From the IMG/VR virus record IMGVR_UViG_2531839585_000009: a DNA stretch of 15,444 nt, one strand, 5' to 3'. The translations under genes were made by a program, and so were the position numbers. The notes below the pieces were generated by a model that was not told the origin of the DNA, ran no database searches, and saw only the letters and a program-made list of their open reading frames with translations. Source of the DNA: a virus (taxonomy: Duplodnaviria; Heunggongvirae; Uroviricota; Caudoviricetes). Every line of letters starts with the position of its first letter. Position 1 is the first letter of the stretch. This document shows, piece after piece, positions 1-7,962 of this stretch.

Positions 1-1804
1 CACCGTGCCGCTCTGGTCGCCGTCAAAGTGCGCCCCGTTATCCACGATGGCCTCTTTTTCCGGTACATGCTGCACGGCGGTGATGGCATACGTGCCGTCG
101 TCGTTCTCACGGATACTCACGCAGCGGAACAGGCGCTGGCGCACGTCGGCAGCTTCAGCCCCCAACGCTGTATTCAGCAACGCCGTCAGGAACACGGCTC
201 ACTTTCACCTTCACGCCGTCGGTGACGGACTGAACCTCCACGCTGACCGGATCCCTCCGTCAACCAGGCTTATCAGCGTGGTCCGGAGATGGCAGCGTGA
301 TTTCACGGTCGAGCGTCAGCGTCCGGGTCTGGCTGTTCACCGCCAGCACGCGCCCCGGTGCTGATACCGGCATAGTCATCATCGCAGATTTCAATGACAT
401 CGCCCGGTACATGGCGAAGCCCTTCGCACCCACGCTGAATCCACGGTCTGCGTTCCAGCAGTTCGTTTTAATCAGCCACAGCCCGGCGCGGTGTGCCTGC
501 CCCCGGCTGGTACAGCCAAAAGCATCCATCTTCGTGACGTTACGACCGTAACGGGCAATGGCCTGCGTGTCCTCCACAAGCTCTGTCGCCGTCTCCCAGC
601 CGTTATTCGGGTCAATCCAGTTCACCTCAACGGCATTATGGCGGTCCTTCAGGGCGCTGAAGCTGTAGCGGAACGGCGCACCATCATCCGGCATCACCAC
701 ATTACTGCGGTTATAGGTCCACACCTTATCCGACGGTCGGTCCTGCACGAACGTCAGCGTCTGCCCGTTCCATACCGGCATACAGCGCATCGCGAGCAGA
801 AATCACTGAGCACATCCCACGCCTTACGCTGGTGGTCAGAGGCATTACAGGTGATGCGCGGCTCCGTGCCGCCAAACCGTCCGGCACGACTGGTCGCAGT
901 ACTGGCCGATAATACAGCGCCCATTTATCCACATCCCGCACCAAGACGTTTCCCCATGCCGTAGCGCGGATGGGTCAGCATATCCCACAGACACCAGGCC
1001 ATGTTGTTGCTGTATGCGGCTTAAACGTTCCGTCCCAGATACCGCTGTATTGCCGCGTCTGCGGGTTATAGTTCGACGGCACCTGCAGAATACGCCCGCG
1101 CAGATGATAATTACGGCTCACCTGCTGGCTGCCGAACTGCTCCGATCCACCTGACGCCGACCAGTGCCGTGTTCGGGTAGCACTGTTTCACATCGATATT
1201 TCGGTGTATGACGACCAGAGCGTTTTGTTCTGCAGCTGGTCTGTGGTGCTGTCCGGCGTCATTCTGCGCATCCGGATATTAAACGGGCGCGGCGGCAGGT
1301 TATCCACCACCACCGAGGCCAGATACTGGAGTGGTTTTGCCCTTAATGGTGATGTCTTTTTCCGTCACCCAGCCACCTTACGTGTATCTGAACCAGCAGG
1401 CGACTTCCGACGGATTCCGTCCCCCTTTGAGGTGGTTTCCACCAGTGCCTGCACACCGAAGGTAAAGCGCAGACGGTCGATGTTTGCCGACGTGATGGTC
1501 CGGGTAATCGGCGTGTCGTATTTCACTTCCGTACCCAGTACCGTCTCGGAACCTGATGATTCAAATCCCTCCGGCGGTGTCTGTTCCTGCTCACCTGCCC
1601 GGAACACCACCGTGACACCAGAGATGTTAGTATTCCCCTCACTGTCCAGCACCGGTGTACTGTTCAGCAGCACGCTTTTTAATCCATCCACCGGACCTTC
1701 AACCGGCCCTTCGCTGATGGCATCGATCACACTCAGCAACTGCGTGGACTTCAGGTTGTCCTTGCTTCGCGCGGGGTATGCCCCTTACTGCTGCCTTTAC
1801 CCAT
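1..1804 (-). pseudogene. J: Tail tip central fibre / host-specificity protein J (lambda gpJ family); 5' ~1.8 kb only, the gene continues past the window start; frame broken many times
   Basis: ATG at 1804 (GGAG about 12 nt upstream) opens MGKGSSKGHTPREA, the lambda gpJ N-terminus; frame is lost about 15 codons in (GCAAGGAC where GCA-AAG-GAC is expected). ORF 1365..1739 (SVIDAISEGPVEGPVDGLKSVLLNSTPVLD...RLRFTFGVQALVETTSKGD) and ORF 260..790 (NGQTLTFVQDRPSDK...VNWIDPNNGWETATELVEDTQAIARYGRNVTKMDAFG...RVLAVNSQTRTLTLDREITLPS) match gpJ almost residue for residue. No minus-strand ORF of 60 aa or more between 790 and 1365. Confidence 0.85.
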
Positions 1805-1820
1805 TCGTCATGCTCCATAA

Positions 1821-1847
1821 ACGATAAAACCGCCCGGAGGCGGTTTC
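1821..1847 (-). terminator. GC-rich hairpin followed by U-rich tract in the I-J intergenic region (terminator-like attenuator or mRNA processing/stability element)
   Basis: Minus-strand reading AAACCGCC-TCCG-GGCGGTTTT-ATCGTTT: 7-8 bp stem, 4-nt loop, then a U-rich run; lies in the 60-nt gap between the I stop (1865) and the J start (1804). Confidence 0.5.
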
Positions 1848-1864
1848 ACATAAAACATTTTGCA

Positions 1865-2504
1865 TCAGCGACCAATCACCACAACCTGACCACCATCCCC
1901 TTCGTCTGCCGTGCTGATCTCCTGAGAAACCACGCGTGACCCCACGCGCATTTCACCGTACAGAACGGCAGAACATTGCCCTGGGCAACCATGTTATCCA
2001 GTGAGGAGAAATAGGTGTTCTGTTTGCCGTTATCTGTACTGCTGCCGTGGCGTCCTGGCTTTCGGTGCCAGCATCTGCGCCACCCGCCCAGGATCATACT
2101 GGCCCCTGCCGCATACATGCCCGATACAGCCGCGGCACCCAGCCAGCCCACAGGGTTCCACCATGCCACCGCAATCACGCCGCCCCCAGCACCACCTGAA
2201 ACACACCGCCACTTTTAGCTCCCGCCAGACGCGGCACGATTGGATCACGGCACCATTTGCCAGCGGCTCATTAAGACGGGCAGACAATTCGGTTTCACCT
2301 GCATCACGCCCGGCAATGCGTACCTGTACCAGCCGTCGCTCAGTTTCTGACGAAACGCCGGGATCTGCATGGCCAGCGCCCGGATGGCTTCGGCCCCCGT
2401 TTTCACACGAAGGTCGATGCGGCGGCCAAATCGTTGCAAATCCCCGTAAAGGCAGATGCGTGCCATCCCGGTGACGCCAGAGGGAGTGTGTGCGTCGCTG
2501 CCAT
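1865..2504 (-). pseudogene. I: Tail tip assembly protein I (lambda gpI family); frame broken about 5-6 times
   Basis: ATG at 2504 gives MAATHT-PS..; the next frame gives GMARICLYGDLQRFGRRIDLRVKTGAEAIRALA..FRQKLSDGWY (ORF 2245..2466); further pieces QVRIAGRD...GAVI and VAQMLAPKARTPR (in ORF 2030..2872), TDNGKQNTYFSSLDNMVAQGNVLP (ORF 1876..2178) and ISTADEGDGGQVVVIGR-stop sit in different frames. All match lambda gpI. Confidence 0.8.
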
Positions 2505-3144
2505 TTGTCGGTATACCTCTCTCGTTTACTCAGTTGTTCAGGAATATGGTGCAGCAGCTCACCGTCGCCGCAGTAAATGGCGGCATGATTCGGCACCGAT
2601 GAACCAAAACAGCACAGCAGCACATCGCCCGGTTGTGCTGATGACAACGCCACCTGATACAGCCCTGTGGCCTCCAGATTATCCAGATAGAGATTCTGAC
2701 CGTGACGCCACCAGTCATCCCCGCGATGAAAATCCGGCATCTCAATCCCCGCCAGATGATAAGCATCCCGGAACAGCGTGTAACAGTCCGTCACCCCGTG
2801 CTCAAAGCGCCGCCCGGTGAGATGCGGCACACAGCGGAACTTATGAATCTCCCCCGGCAGACCAGCCACCACGGCAAATCACTCTGCACCTGCAGCCGCC
2901 GGTCAGCCTCACTCAGCCAGGGCAGACCACCGGGGTGGCTGTGGACCAGCGCCACAATCTCACCCTGCATCTCTGCCTGCAGCCAGTCCTCCGGCGACAT
3001 CCGGAAATACGCCTCCGGCTCACCGGAGATATTCACGCAGGGAAAATATCTTTCCCCCTCCGGCGTTCTCACCACGAAGCCGCACGATTCCGCTGGCGCA
3101 CATCGCCGGGCGTGCGCCAGAATCGCTGATTCTGTCTGTGTCAT
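2403..3144 (-). pseudogene. K: Tail tip assembly protein K (lambda gpK family; N-terminal JAMM/MPN domain, C-terminal NlpC/P60-like domain); at least 2 frameshifts
   Basis: ATG at 3144: MTQTESAILAHARRCAPAESCGFVVRTPEGERYFPCVNISGEPEAYFRMSPEDWLQAEMQGEIVALVHSHPGGLPWLSEADRRLQVQSDLPWWLVCRG (JAMM motif HSHPGG...SEAD present). Frame is lost at about 2850 (CGGGGGAGATTCAT, one base short); the continuation EIHKFRCVPHLTGRRFEHGVTDCYTLFRDAY...DKWQRRTHSLWRHR is in ORF 2030..2872; a second break at about 2530 (GGG where GGGG is needed) precedes the C-terminus ...ASAFTGI.NDL.AASTFV-stop at 2403. The 3' ~100 nt overlaps the start of I in another frame. Confidence 0.85.
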
Positions 3145-3148
3145 GGGA

Positions 3149-3819
3149 TTACTGCGAAAGTTTGTTAATGGAAAGGAAGCCGCCAAAGTTGCCGACGTTA
3201 TTGCGAAACTTACAGCCCTCAGGCATTTGCTGCATTTATCCTTCGTGATATCGGACGTGGCTGGTCATATTCATCGCGACAGCCGGACCGATAACCGCAC
3301 TCTCACCGCGATAGGTCCAGGTGCAGGTGTTGGCCAGCATGATCGCCCGGAAAAACAGCCCTCCGTTTCCGTCGGGTGGAAGACAAAGAGGCACTACCGC
3401 CTCAGTTCGCTCACTGCTCATGCGCCAGCGGCTGATCACCTCCTGCTCCGGATCGGCTCTGTTTCCGTTGACGAAGTTCACCGCATCCAGAAAACGGGCG
3501 TAAACCTTACGCCGACCACCGTTCCGCCGACCAGACTCTGCATCTTCCGCCATCCCGGTGACCATCCGTCAGGTTAGAACCGTCAGTGTCGGACGGGCAG
3601 CACTGCCCTTCCGTTCAGTTCAAATCCCGTCCCCTGAATGGGGTATGCCTGATACTGCCGCCCCTGCCAGGTGACCGGCTCACCTTTTTCGTTCTGCTCA
3701 TTACAGAAAAAATAACGTTCACCACCGACCTCTGTCAGATCGATTTCCCAGAGCACCACCTGGGCTGACTGAGTAAGGCGTGTCGTCTCATGATGTGTTT
3801 CCTGTGGAATATCCTGCAT
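3149..3819 (-). pseudogene. L: Tail tip protein L (lambda gpL family, Fe-S cluster-binding cysteine motif); at least 3 frameshifts
   Basis: ATG at 3819: MQDIPQETHHETTRLTQSAQVVLWEIDLTEVGGERYFFCNEQNEKGEPVTWQGRQYQAYPIQGTGFELNG (ORF 3583..3819); then MVTGMAEDA...RKVYARFLDAVNFVNGN..ADPEQEVISRW...IMLANTCTWTYRG (ORF 3236..3565, itself drifting in and out of frame); the C-terminus DKCSKCL / EGCKFRNNVGNFGGFLSINKLSQ-stop (TAA 3149..3151) is split across two frames. Confidence 0.85.
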
Positions 3820-3828
3820 CAGGGCCTC

Positions 3829-4156
3829 CTATGCCACGACCTGTTCAAAATCTGCCGTTATGGTTACCCACAGCGCCCCCACGCTTGCCGACCATTTACG
3901 ACAAACCACCCTGATCGGCTTCCAGTCATAAGGTGGCGTCCACTGAAATGCCGGACGCCACCGTGCCGTTCCAGAAAGGCTTTCAAAGATGGGTGTCACA
4001 TTTACGAACACGTATCGTCACGCTGTAAGTCGACAACTGGTTATTCAGTCCCGCCGCACGACGCTGTTCATAACCATCGCCCAGCTTCACTGTCACCACT
4101 TTCGGCTCTGATACCACATTCATATCCGGGCGCACTTTCCAGTGAAACGTCTCCAT
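3829..4156 (-). pseudogene. M: Tail tip protein M (lambda gpM family); 2-3 frameshifts
   Basis: ATG at 4156 overlaps the H stop (TAATG). Frame 1 METFHWKVRPDMNVVSEPKVVTVKLGDGYEQRRAAGLNNQLSTYSVTIRV then stop; a second frame gives LKAFLERHGGV; a third gives AFQWTPPYDWKPIRVVCRKWSASVGALWVTITADFEQVVA-stop (ORF 3829..4011). All match lambda gpM; the span is 328 nt, not a multiple of 3. Confidence 0.8.
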
Positions 4157-7100
4157 TACCGATATGCTCCACTTAACCGACCACCATCACGGGCCTGCTG
4201 TTGCATAAAGTCCGCTGCCGCTTTTTTCCCAAGGTCATAAACCACCTTCAGGGCAGCCGGACCTATCTGCCCGTTCGTGCCATCGTTATTGATCTCGATG
4301 TTGTACTGCGGGGAAACATCGCCATACCTGACCCCAATATCCGCCACAACCCCCAGCTTACCGTCAGCACCACGACGCAGTGGCAGAATGGCTTCAGGTC
4401 CAGCTTCCCCCATCACACCCGCGCCTTTTGCAAAAGCAAAAAACGTCGGACGGTTAACCACCGTGCCACTGTAGCGACTCAAATCAGCCGACTGATAAAC
4501 ACCGCCATCAGCATTGGCTACAAAATCAAAAGGCAGCGCGGAAGCAATACCTTTTACCGCTTTCATTAAAGCTATCTGAGCCATGATTCTGGACATATCT
4601 GACAGCACAGAAGAGGTGAAGGATTTGAAATTGAGTTTGCCTGTAGTACAGAATGTCGCCAGCCAGTCACTCATGCTACTGAACGCAGACGTGAACAACT
4701 GTTCCACTGTCCCGGCTGTGTTATCCGCTTTCTCAGTGACATTCTGGAGTGCACGCAGGACTCCGTTTTTCCAGTTACCCTGCACAACTTCAAGCTGTTG
4801 CCAATAACGGCGATTCTCATTCAGTTGTCGGTTCAGGCTCTCCGTCAGCGCCTGCTCGGCCTTTCTGTAGTCATCCGTGTTATATGTCCCTTTCTGCTCA
4901 CTATCCCGCCTCAACTGCTCCAGCTGTTGCTGGTATTTCTGGCGAAGACTCAGTTGTACCTGATATCGCTGTCGCTGCTGATCACCCATACCCACCGTGG
5001 CGATATCCAGGTCATGTTGCTGACGCTGAGCGCGCTCTTCTTCAGCCAGTTGACTGGTCAGCTGAATTGTTTTTTTCTTCAGATCGTTGAGTGCCGTCTG
5101 TTTCTGAAGCTCCTGCTGTTTTACATCCAGCAGCGTCAGTGCCTGAATCAGTTCATCTTTACGGGCCAGCACACTCTTTTCATCTGCCGTCAGTTTTTTC
5201 CCGTCCAGATCGCTGATGCGCTGCTGCAGAGCCAGAAGCTGTTTATGCGCTTCTGTCATCCTTCGTGGCAATGCCTGCTGACTGTCTGCAGCAGCAATCT
5301 GTCCTTCCACCTGTGCCTGTTGCTGACTGTACTGCAGCAATAACCGGGTGGCCTCATCATTACGGGTTTCGCGTGTTTTTTTCTTACCGGATGCCAGGGC
5401 TTTCTCGTAACGTTCATTTTCACGTTGTATCGCCGCATCCCTGACAGCCTGATCGGCGTACTGCATGGCATTAATACGCGCAATTTCACGCTGATGTCGT
5501 GCTGCTTCCGTTTCATTCATCCGGTTCAGTGCAGCATTTTCAGCATTACGGCGTTTCTGTTGCTCCTGATAATTCCGCTCTGCCTGCTCTTTTGCATCCT
5601 GCAAATCCTTCTGGCGTTTTTTCTCCTGAAGCTCGTTAAGACGCTGCTGATCGTACTCAACCTGAGAAGATGATGCCGTCCAGGGGAGTCTTTTCGCCCG
5701 CGACACTTTCTCCTGTAAAGCGGCAATCTGTTCATCCAGCGAGTCTTCACGACCAATATTCATGGCCGCATCCCAGAAACGACTCCACAAATCAGACAGA
5801 TACTTCAGCGTACTGCCAAGCGCATTGAGGTTATTATCAATATCCGCAGTACGCCGACCGGTTTCCTCTGCCAGTGCAGACATGGCTATCCGTGCAGCAT
5901 CACTGGACCGCCCCTGCTCCCCAAGGACGCGTATCTGCTCAAGCTGAGTGGCAGTAAGAAAATGCAGCTCATTGTCCAGAGCCTTCGCGGCATTTACAGG
6001 ATCATCCTTCAGCCGCTTAAACTGATTTATGGTATCGCTGACCGACTGGCCAACCGATCGCTCCATCTGTGCGGCAACTCTCGCCACCATACCGATATCG
6101 TTTCCACGAAATGCACCACTCCCCACCACCTGAGCCAGCGCACCGGCTGCAGCATGTTGCGTGATACCATTCCCGGAAATAGCACGACTGAGCGTCCACA
6201 GCTGCCCGGCAGTGACTCCGGCATAATGCCCCGTCAGCGACAGCTGGCGGTTAAATTCTTCCCCCTCCTTCTGACCGTCATACCAGGCTTTACCCAGACC
6301 ATAGACAGCCGCGGCAATACCGCCAATAACCCCGCCAAGCATCATGCCTTTCGGTGACATCAATGTGTCTATCCACCCGGCACGGTTAGCCAGCGTTATT
6401 CCGGATCCCCTCAGCGCACCTAAATTGCCGCGGGCCAGTTCACCTATCAGAACGCCTATCTCCTGACGGGCCGCTGCACTTTTCAGACCCAGCGAATGCG
6501 TTGCTTTTCCTGCCTGCTCCATTTTGCGGATATACACTTCTGCAGCACTGCTTACCCCCAGCTGGGCAGCCTTAGCACGAAGCAACTCAGAAGAAGAAAG
6601 ATTCTGGCGGGTTGCCTGCTCTTTAAGCTGACGGATAAACGCCACTTTCTGTCGGGTAGCCTCTTCCTCAGCCTGTGTAAGAACACGGGTTTTCGCCGTA
6701 ACCTCAGAAATCAGCGCCAGATAATCCTGCTGACCAATCCCGCCACTGTTTCTGGCCTGTCGGATCTGCTGCTGAATACGCTGTAATTCCTGCAGCCCCG
6801 CACTGGCCTGTTTCACACTGTCAATCTGACGATAAAACGCAGCAGCCGCTTTATCCTGAGCCTCTGCCAGAGCCATGGCCTGCGCCTGTTCATCGCGCAT
6901 TTTCTGGCTCAGCGCCTCCATGCGCTGGCGGGTTTTCTCCACCTCGCGGGCCATGCGTTCATGAGCCTGTGCGTTCTTCTCCACCGTCTGCGCATGGACG
7001 GATGCGGCTGTTGCAGCCGAAGAAGCTGCCTGCGTTGTCTGCCGGGCGGCCTGAGTCTGACGCTCCATAAAACGCTGCATACGGGCAGAAGACCGTTCTG

Positions 7101-7206
7101 CATCGCTGGCTGCACCATTCAGAAGGTTTTTGATACGGGGAATTTCATTTTTAAACTCTGCCGCATCAATCCCCAAATCAATGACCAGGTTGGCTATCTG
7201 GTCCAT
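4156..7206 (-). CDS. H: Tail tape measure protein (lambda gpH family), intact, about 1016 aa
   Basis: Uninterrupted ORF. Likely start is ATG 7206 (MDQIANLVIDLGIDAAEF, compare lambda H MAEPVGDLVVDLSLDAARF) with GGAGGTG 6 nt upstream; the ORF track's upstream TTG at 7236 is less likely. Central Q/A/R/E-rich coiled-coil region; C-terminus INNDGTNGQIGPAALKVVYDLGKKAAADFMQQQARDGGRLSGAYR matches the lambda H C-terminus closely. Confidence 0.9.
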   Translation of the reverse strand: MDQIANLVIDLGIDAAEFKNEIPRIKNLLNGAASDAERSSARMQRFMERQTQAARQTTQAASSAATAASVHAQTVEKNAQAHERMAREVEKTRQRMEALSQKMRDEQAQAMALAEAQDKAAAAFYRQIDSVKQASAGLQELQRIQQQIRQARNSGGIGQQDYLALISEVTAKTRVLTQAEEEATRQKVAFIRQLKEQATRQNLSSSELLRAKAAQLGVSSAAEVYIRKMEQAGKATHSLGLKSAAARQEIGVLIGELARGNLGALRGSGITLANRAGWIDTLMSPKGMMLGGVIGGIAAAVYGLGKAWYDGQKEGEEFNRQLSLTGHYAGVTAGQLWTLSRAISGNGITQHAAAGALAQVVGSGAFRGNDIGMVARVAAQMERSVGQSVSDTINQFKRLKDDPVNAAKALDNELHFLTATQLEQIRVLGEQGRSSDAARIAMSALAEETGRRTADIDNNLNALGSTLKYLSDLWSRFWDAAMNIGREDSLDEQIAALQEKVSRAKRLPWTASSSQVEYDQQRLNELQEKKRQKDLQDAKEQAERNYQEQQKRRNAENAALNRMNETEAARHQREIARINAMQYADQAVRDAAIQRENERYEKALASGKKKTRETRNDEATRLLLQYSQQQAQVEGQIAAADSQQALPRRMTEAHKQLLALQQRISDLDGKKLTADEKSVLARKDELIQALTLLDVKQQELQKQTALNDLKKKTIQLTSQLAEEERAQRQQHDLDIATVGMGDQQRQRYQVQLSLRQKYQQQLEQLRRDSEQKGTYNTDDYRKAEQALTESLNRQLNENRRYWQQLEVVQGNWKNGVLRALQNVTEKADNTAGTVEQLFTSAFSSMSDWLATFCTTGKLNFKSFTSSVLSDMSRIMAQIALMKAVKGIASALPFDFVANADGGVYQSADLSRYSGTVVNRPTFFAFAKGAGVMGEAGPEAILPLRRGADGKLGVVADIGVRYGDVSPQYNIEINNDGTNGQIGPAALKVVYDLGKKAAADFMQQQARDGGRLSGAYR

Positions 7207-7905
7207 AACGCACACCTCCGGAAATACCTTCTCCAAGATGCATCAGTTCTTCGTCCGTTCGCTCCGGTATCCCGTTCTCTTCCGGTAAAAGGCTGAAATC
7301 AGCCACCGCAGCATCACTGCTGCCGGACACCATTCTCACGATCAATGCCTTCAGCGAGGCAAACTGCGCATCCATCCACACATCACTGAAGCTCTGCATC
7401 CGGAAATAATCGCCCCACTCACCAAGCTCAGTGGCCGACATTTCCGACAGCATCCGCCGCCAGTCTGCCCGCCGGAACTCCCGGGCAAGCCGCATGACAA
7501 ACTGCATTTCCCGCGTCAGGACTTTTCCGGCGTCAGCACCTCATGCTCCAAATCCCCGGCATTCTCAATGGCTCCCATACCGCTCAGCGACAGAACCATC
7601 TCCGCCCCCGCTCCCAGGGCATCATACGACCATGTTGTAATAACGGATGCGCAAAGCGTCTCAACATCCTGAGACTGTTCCGCATTCCACAGTGAGCGGG
7701 AAACCAGCCAGGCATTGATATCCATCCCCATCCGCAGAAAAGCAATCTGTCGTTCAGCCTCCGGCAGTTCTCCCTCTTCGGCATCAAACTTTGCCGTTCG
7801 CTGCTGAACAAACGCCAGATATTCAATTCTCTGCAGCCCGGACAGCTCACTGAGCACCACGGACTGTTTTTCATAATTAAACGTGCCCTGTTTCAGAAAC
7901 ATCAT
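7178..7905 (-). CDS. GT: Tail assembly chaperone G-T fusion, predicted to be made by programmed -1 ribosomal frameshifting near the 3' end of G
   Basis: The -1 frame relative to G opens at a TGA only about 10 codons before the G stop and continues for about 115 codons (..AGKVLTREMQFVMRLAREF...GPDSQPGH-stop at 7178); the candidate shift site GGAAAAG (7521..7527) sits 2 codons before the G stop, the same arrangement as lambda G/T. No independent strong RBS for T. Confidence 0.6.
7516..7905 (-). CDS. G: Tail assembly chaperone G (lambda gpG family)
   Basis: ATG-ATG at 7905/7902 preceded by GGTGGAG; MMFLKQGTFNYEKQSVVLSELSGLQRIEYLA resembles lambda gpG (MFLK...LSELSALQRIEHLA); ends ...LTPEKS-stop (TGA 7516..7518); position between V and H. 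Confidence 0.85.
   Translation of the reverse strand: MMFLKQGTFNYEKQSVVLSELSGLQRIEYLAFVQQRTAKFDAEEGELPEAERQIAFLRMGMDINAWLVSRSLWNAEQSQDVETLCASVITTWSYDALGAGAEMVLSLSGMGAIENAGDLEHEVLTPEKS
7521..7527 (-). other. Candidate -1 frameshift slippery heptamer GGAAAAG (one-base variant of the lambda G GGA AAG site)
   Basis: Zero-frame codons CCG GAA AAG TCC TGA; -1 frame GCC GGA AAA GTC...; A-site slip AAG to AAA is canonical, P-site re-pairing GAA to GGA is imperfect. Confidence 0.45.
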
Positions 7906-7918
7906 GTTCTCCACCTGC

Positions 7919-7942
7919 AAAAAAGCCCCGGATAACCGGGGC
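7919..7942 (-). terminator. Intrinsic (rho-independent) terminator immediately downstream of major tail protein gene V
   Basis: Minus-strand reading GCCCCGG-TTAT-CCGGGGC followed by TTTTTT: perfect 7-bp GC-rich stem, 4-nt loop, 6-U tract; lies in the 57-nt gap between the V stop (7963) and the G start (7905). Confidence 0.75.
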
Positions 7943-7962
7943 AAATGATGAGTATCGTCCTG

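Noticed and set aside
828-835. Chi octamer GCTGGTGG on the plus strand
   Set aside because: A single occurrence in 15 kb, inside J coding sequence, is about the background frequency for an enterobacterial genome; no evidence of functional significance.
491-1827. Plus-strand ORFs 491..964 (157 aa) and 1204..1827 (207 aa)
   Set aside because: Both are antisense to J, whose identity is unambiguous from the minus-strand translation; no start-site context supports them.
2030-2500. Cys/Gly/Arg-rich stretch (..CFRWCWGRRDCGGMVEPCGLAGCRGCIGHVCGRG..) that might look like a small cysteine-rich protein
   Set aside because: It is the out-of-frame translation of the middle of gene I (GC-rich DNA read in the wrong frame), flanked on both sides by in-frame gpI sequence.
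2702-3577. 291-aa plus-strand ORF, the longest plus-strand ORF in the window
   Set aside because: It is antisense to the L and K genes, has no RBS, and its product is Arg/Ser/Pro/His-rich low-complexity sequence typical of an open frame opposite a GC-rich coding region.
4798-5343. 181-aa plus-strand ORF rich in Leu, Gln and Cys inside the H region, and the other short plus-strand ORFs over H
   Set aside because: Mirror image of the Q/A/L/E-rich coiled-coil coding sequence of the tape measure gene on the other strand; not an independent gene.
7178-7206. 29-nt overlap between the T-frame stop and the H start as a possible further frameshift
   Set aside because: Both frames are open and each has its own signals (H has GGAGGTG plus ATG); short overlaps are normal in this operon, so there is no need to invoke an error.
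7207-7236. ORF-track N-terminal extensions that begin at TTG/GTG (H at 7236, DUF2190-like at 10337, protease at 12439, portal at 13924)
   Set aside because: In each case an internal ATG with a good Shine-Dalgarno sequence and/or a homolog-matching N-terminus lies downstream, and the extensions overlap the upstream gene or a terminator hairpin.
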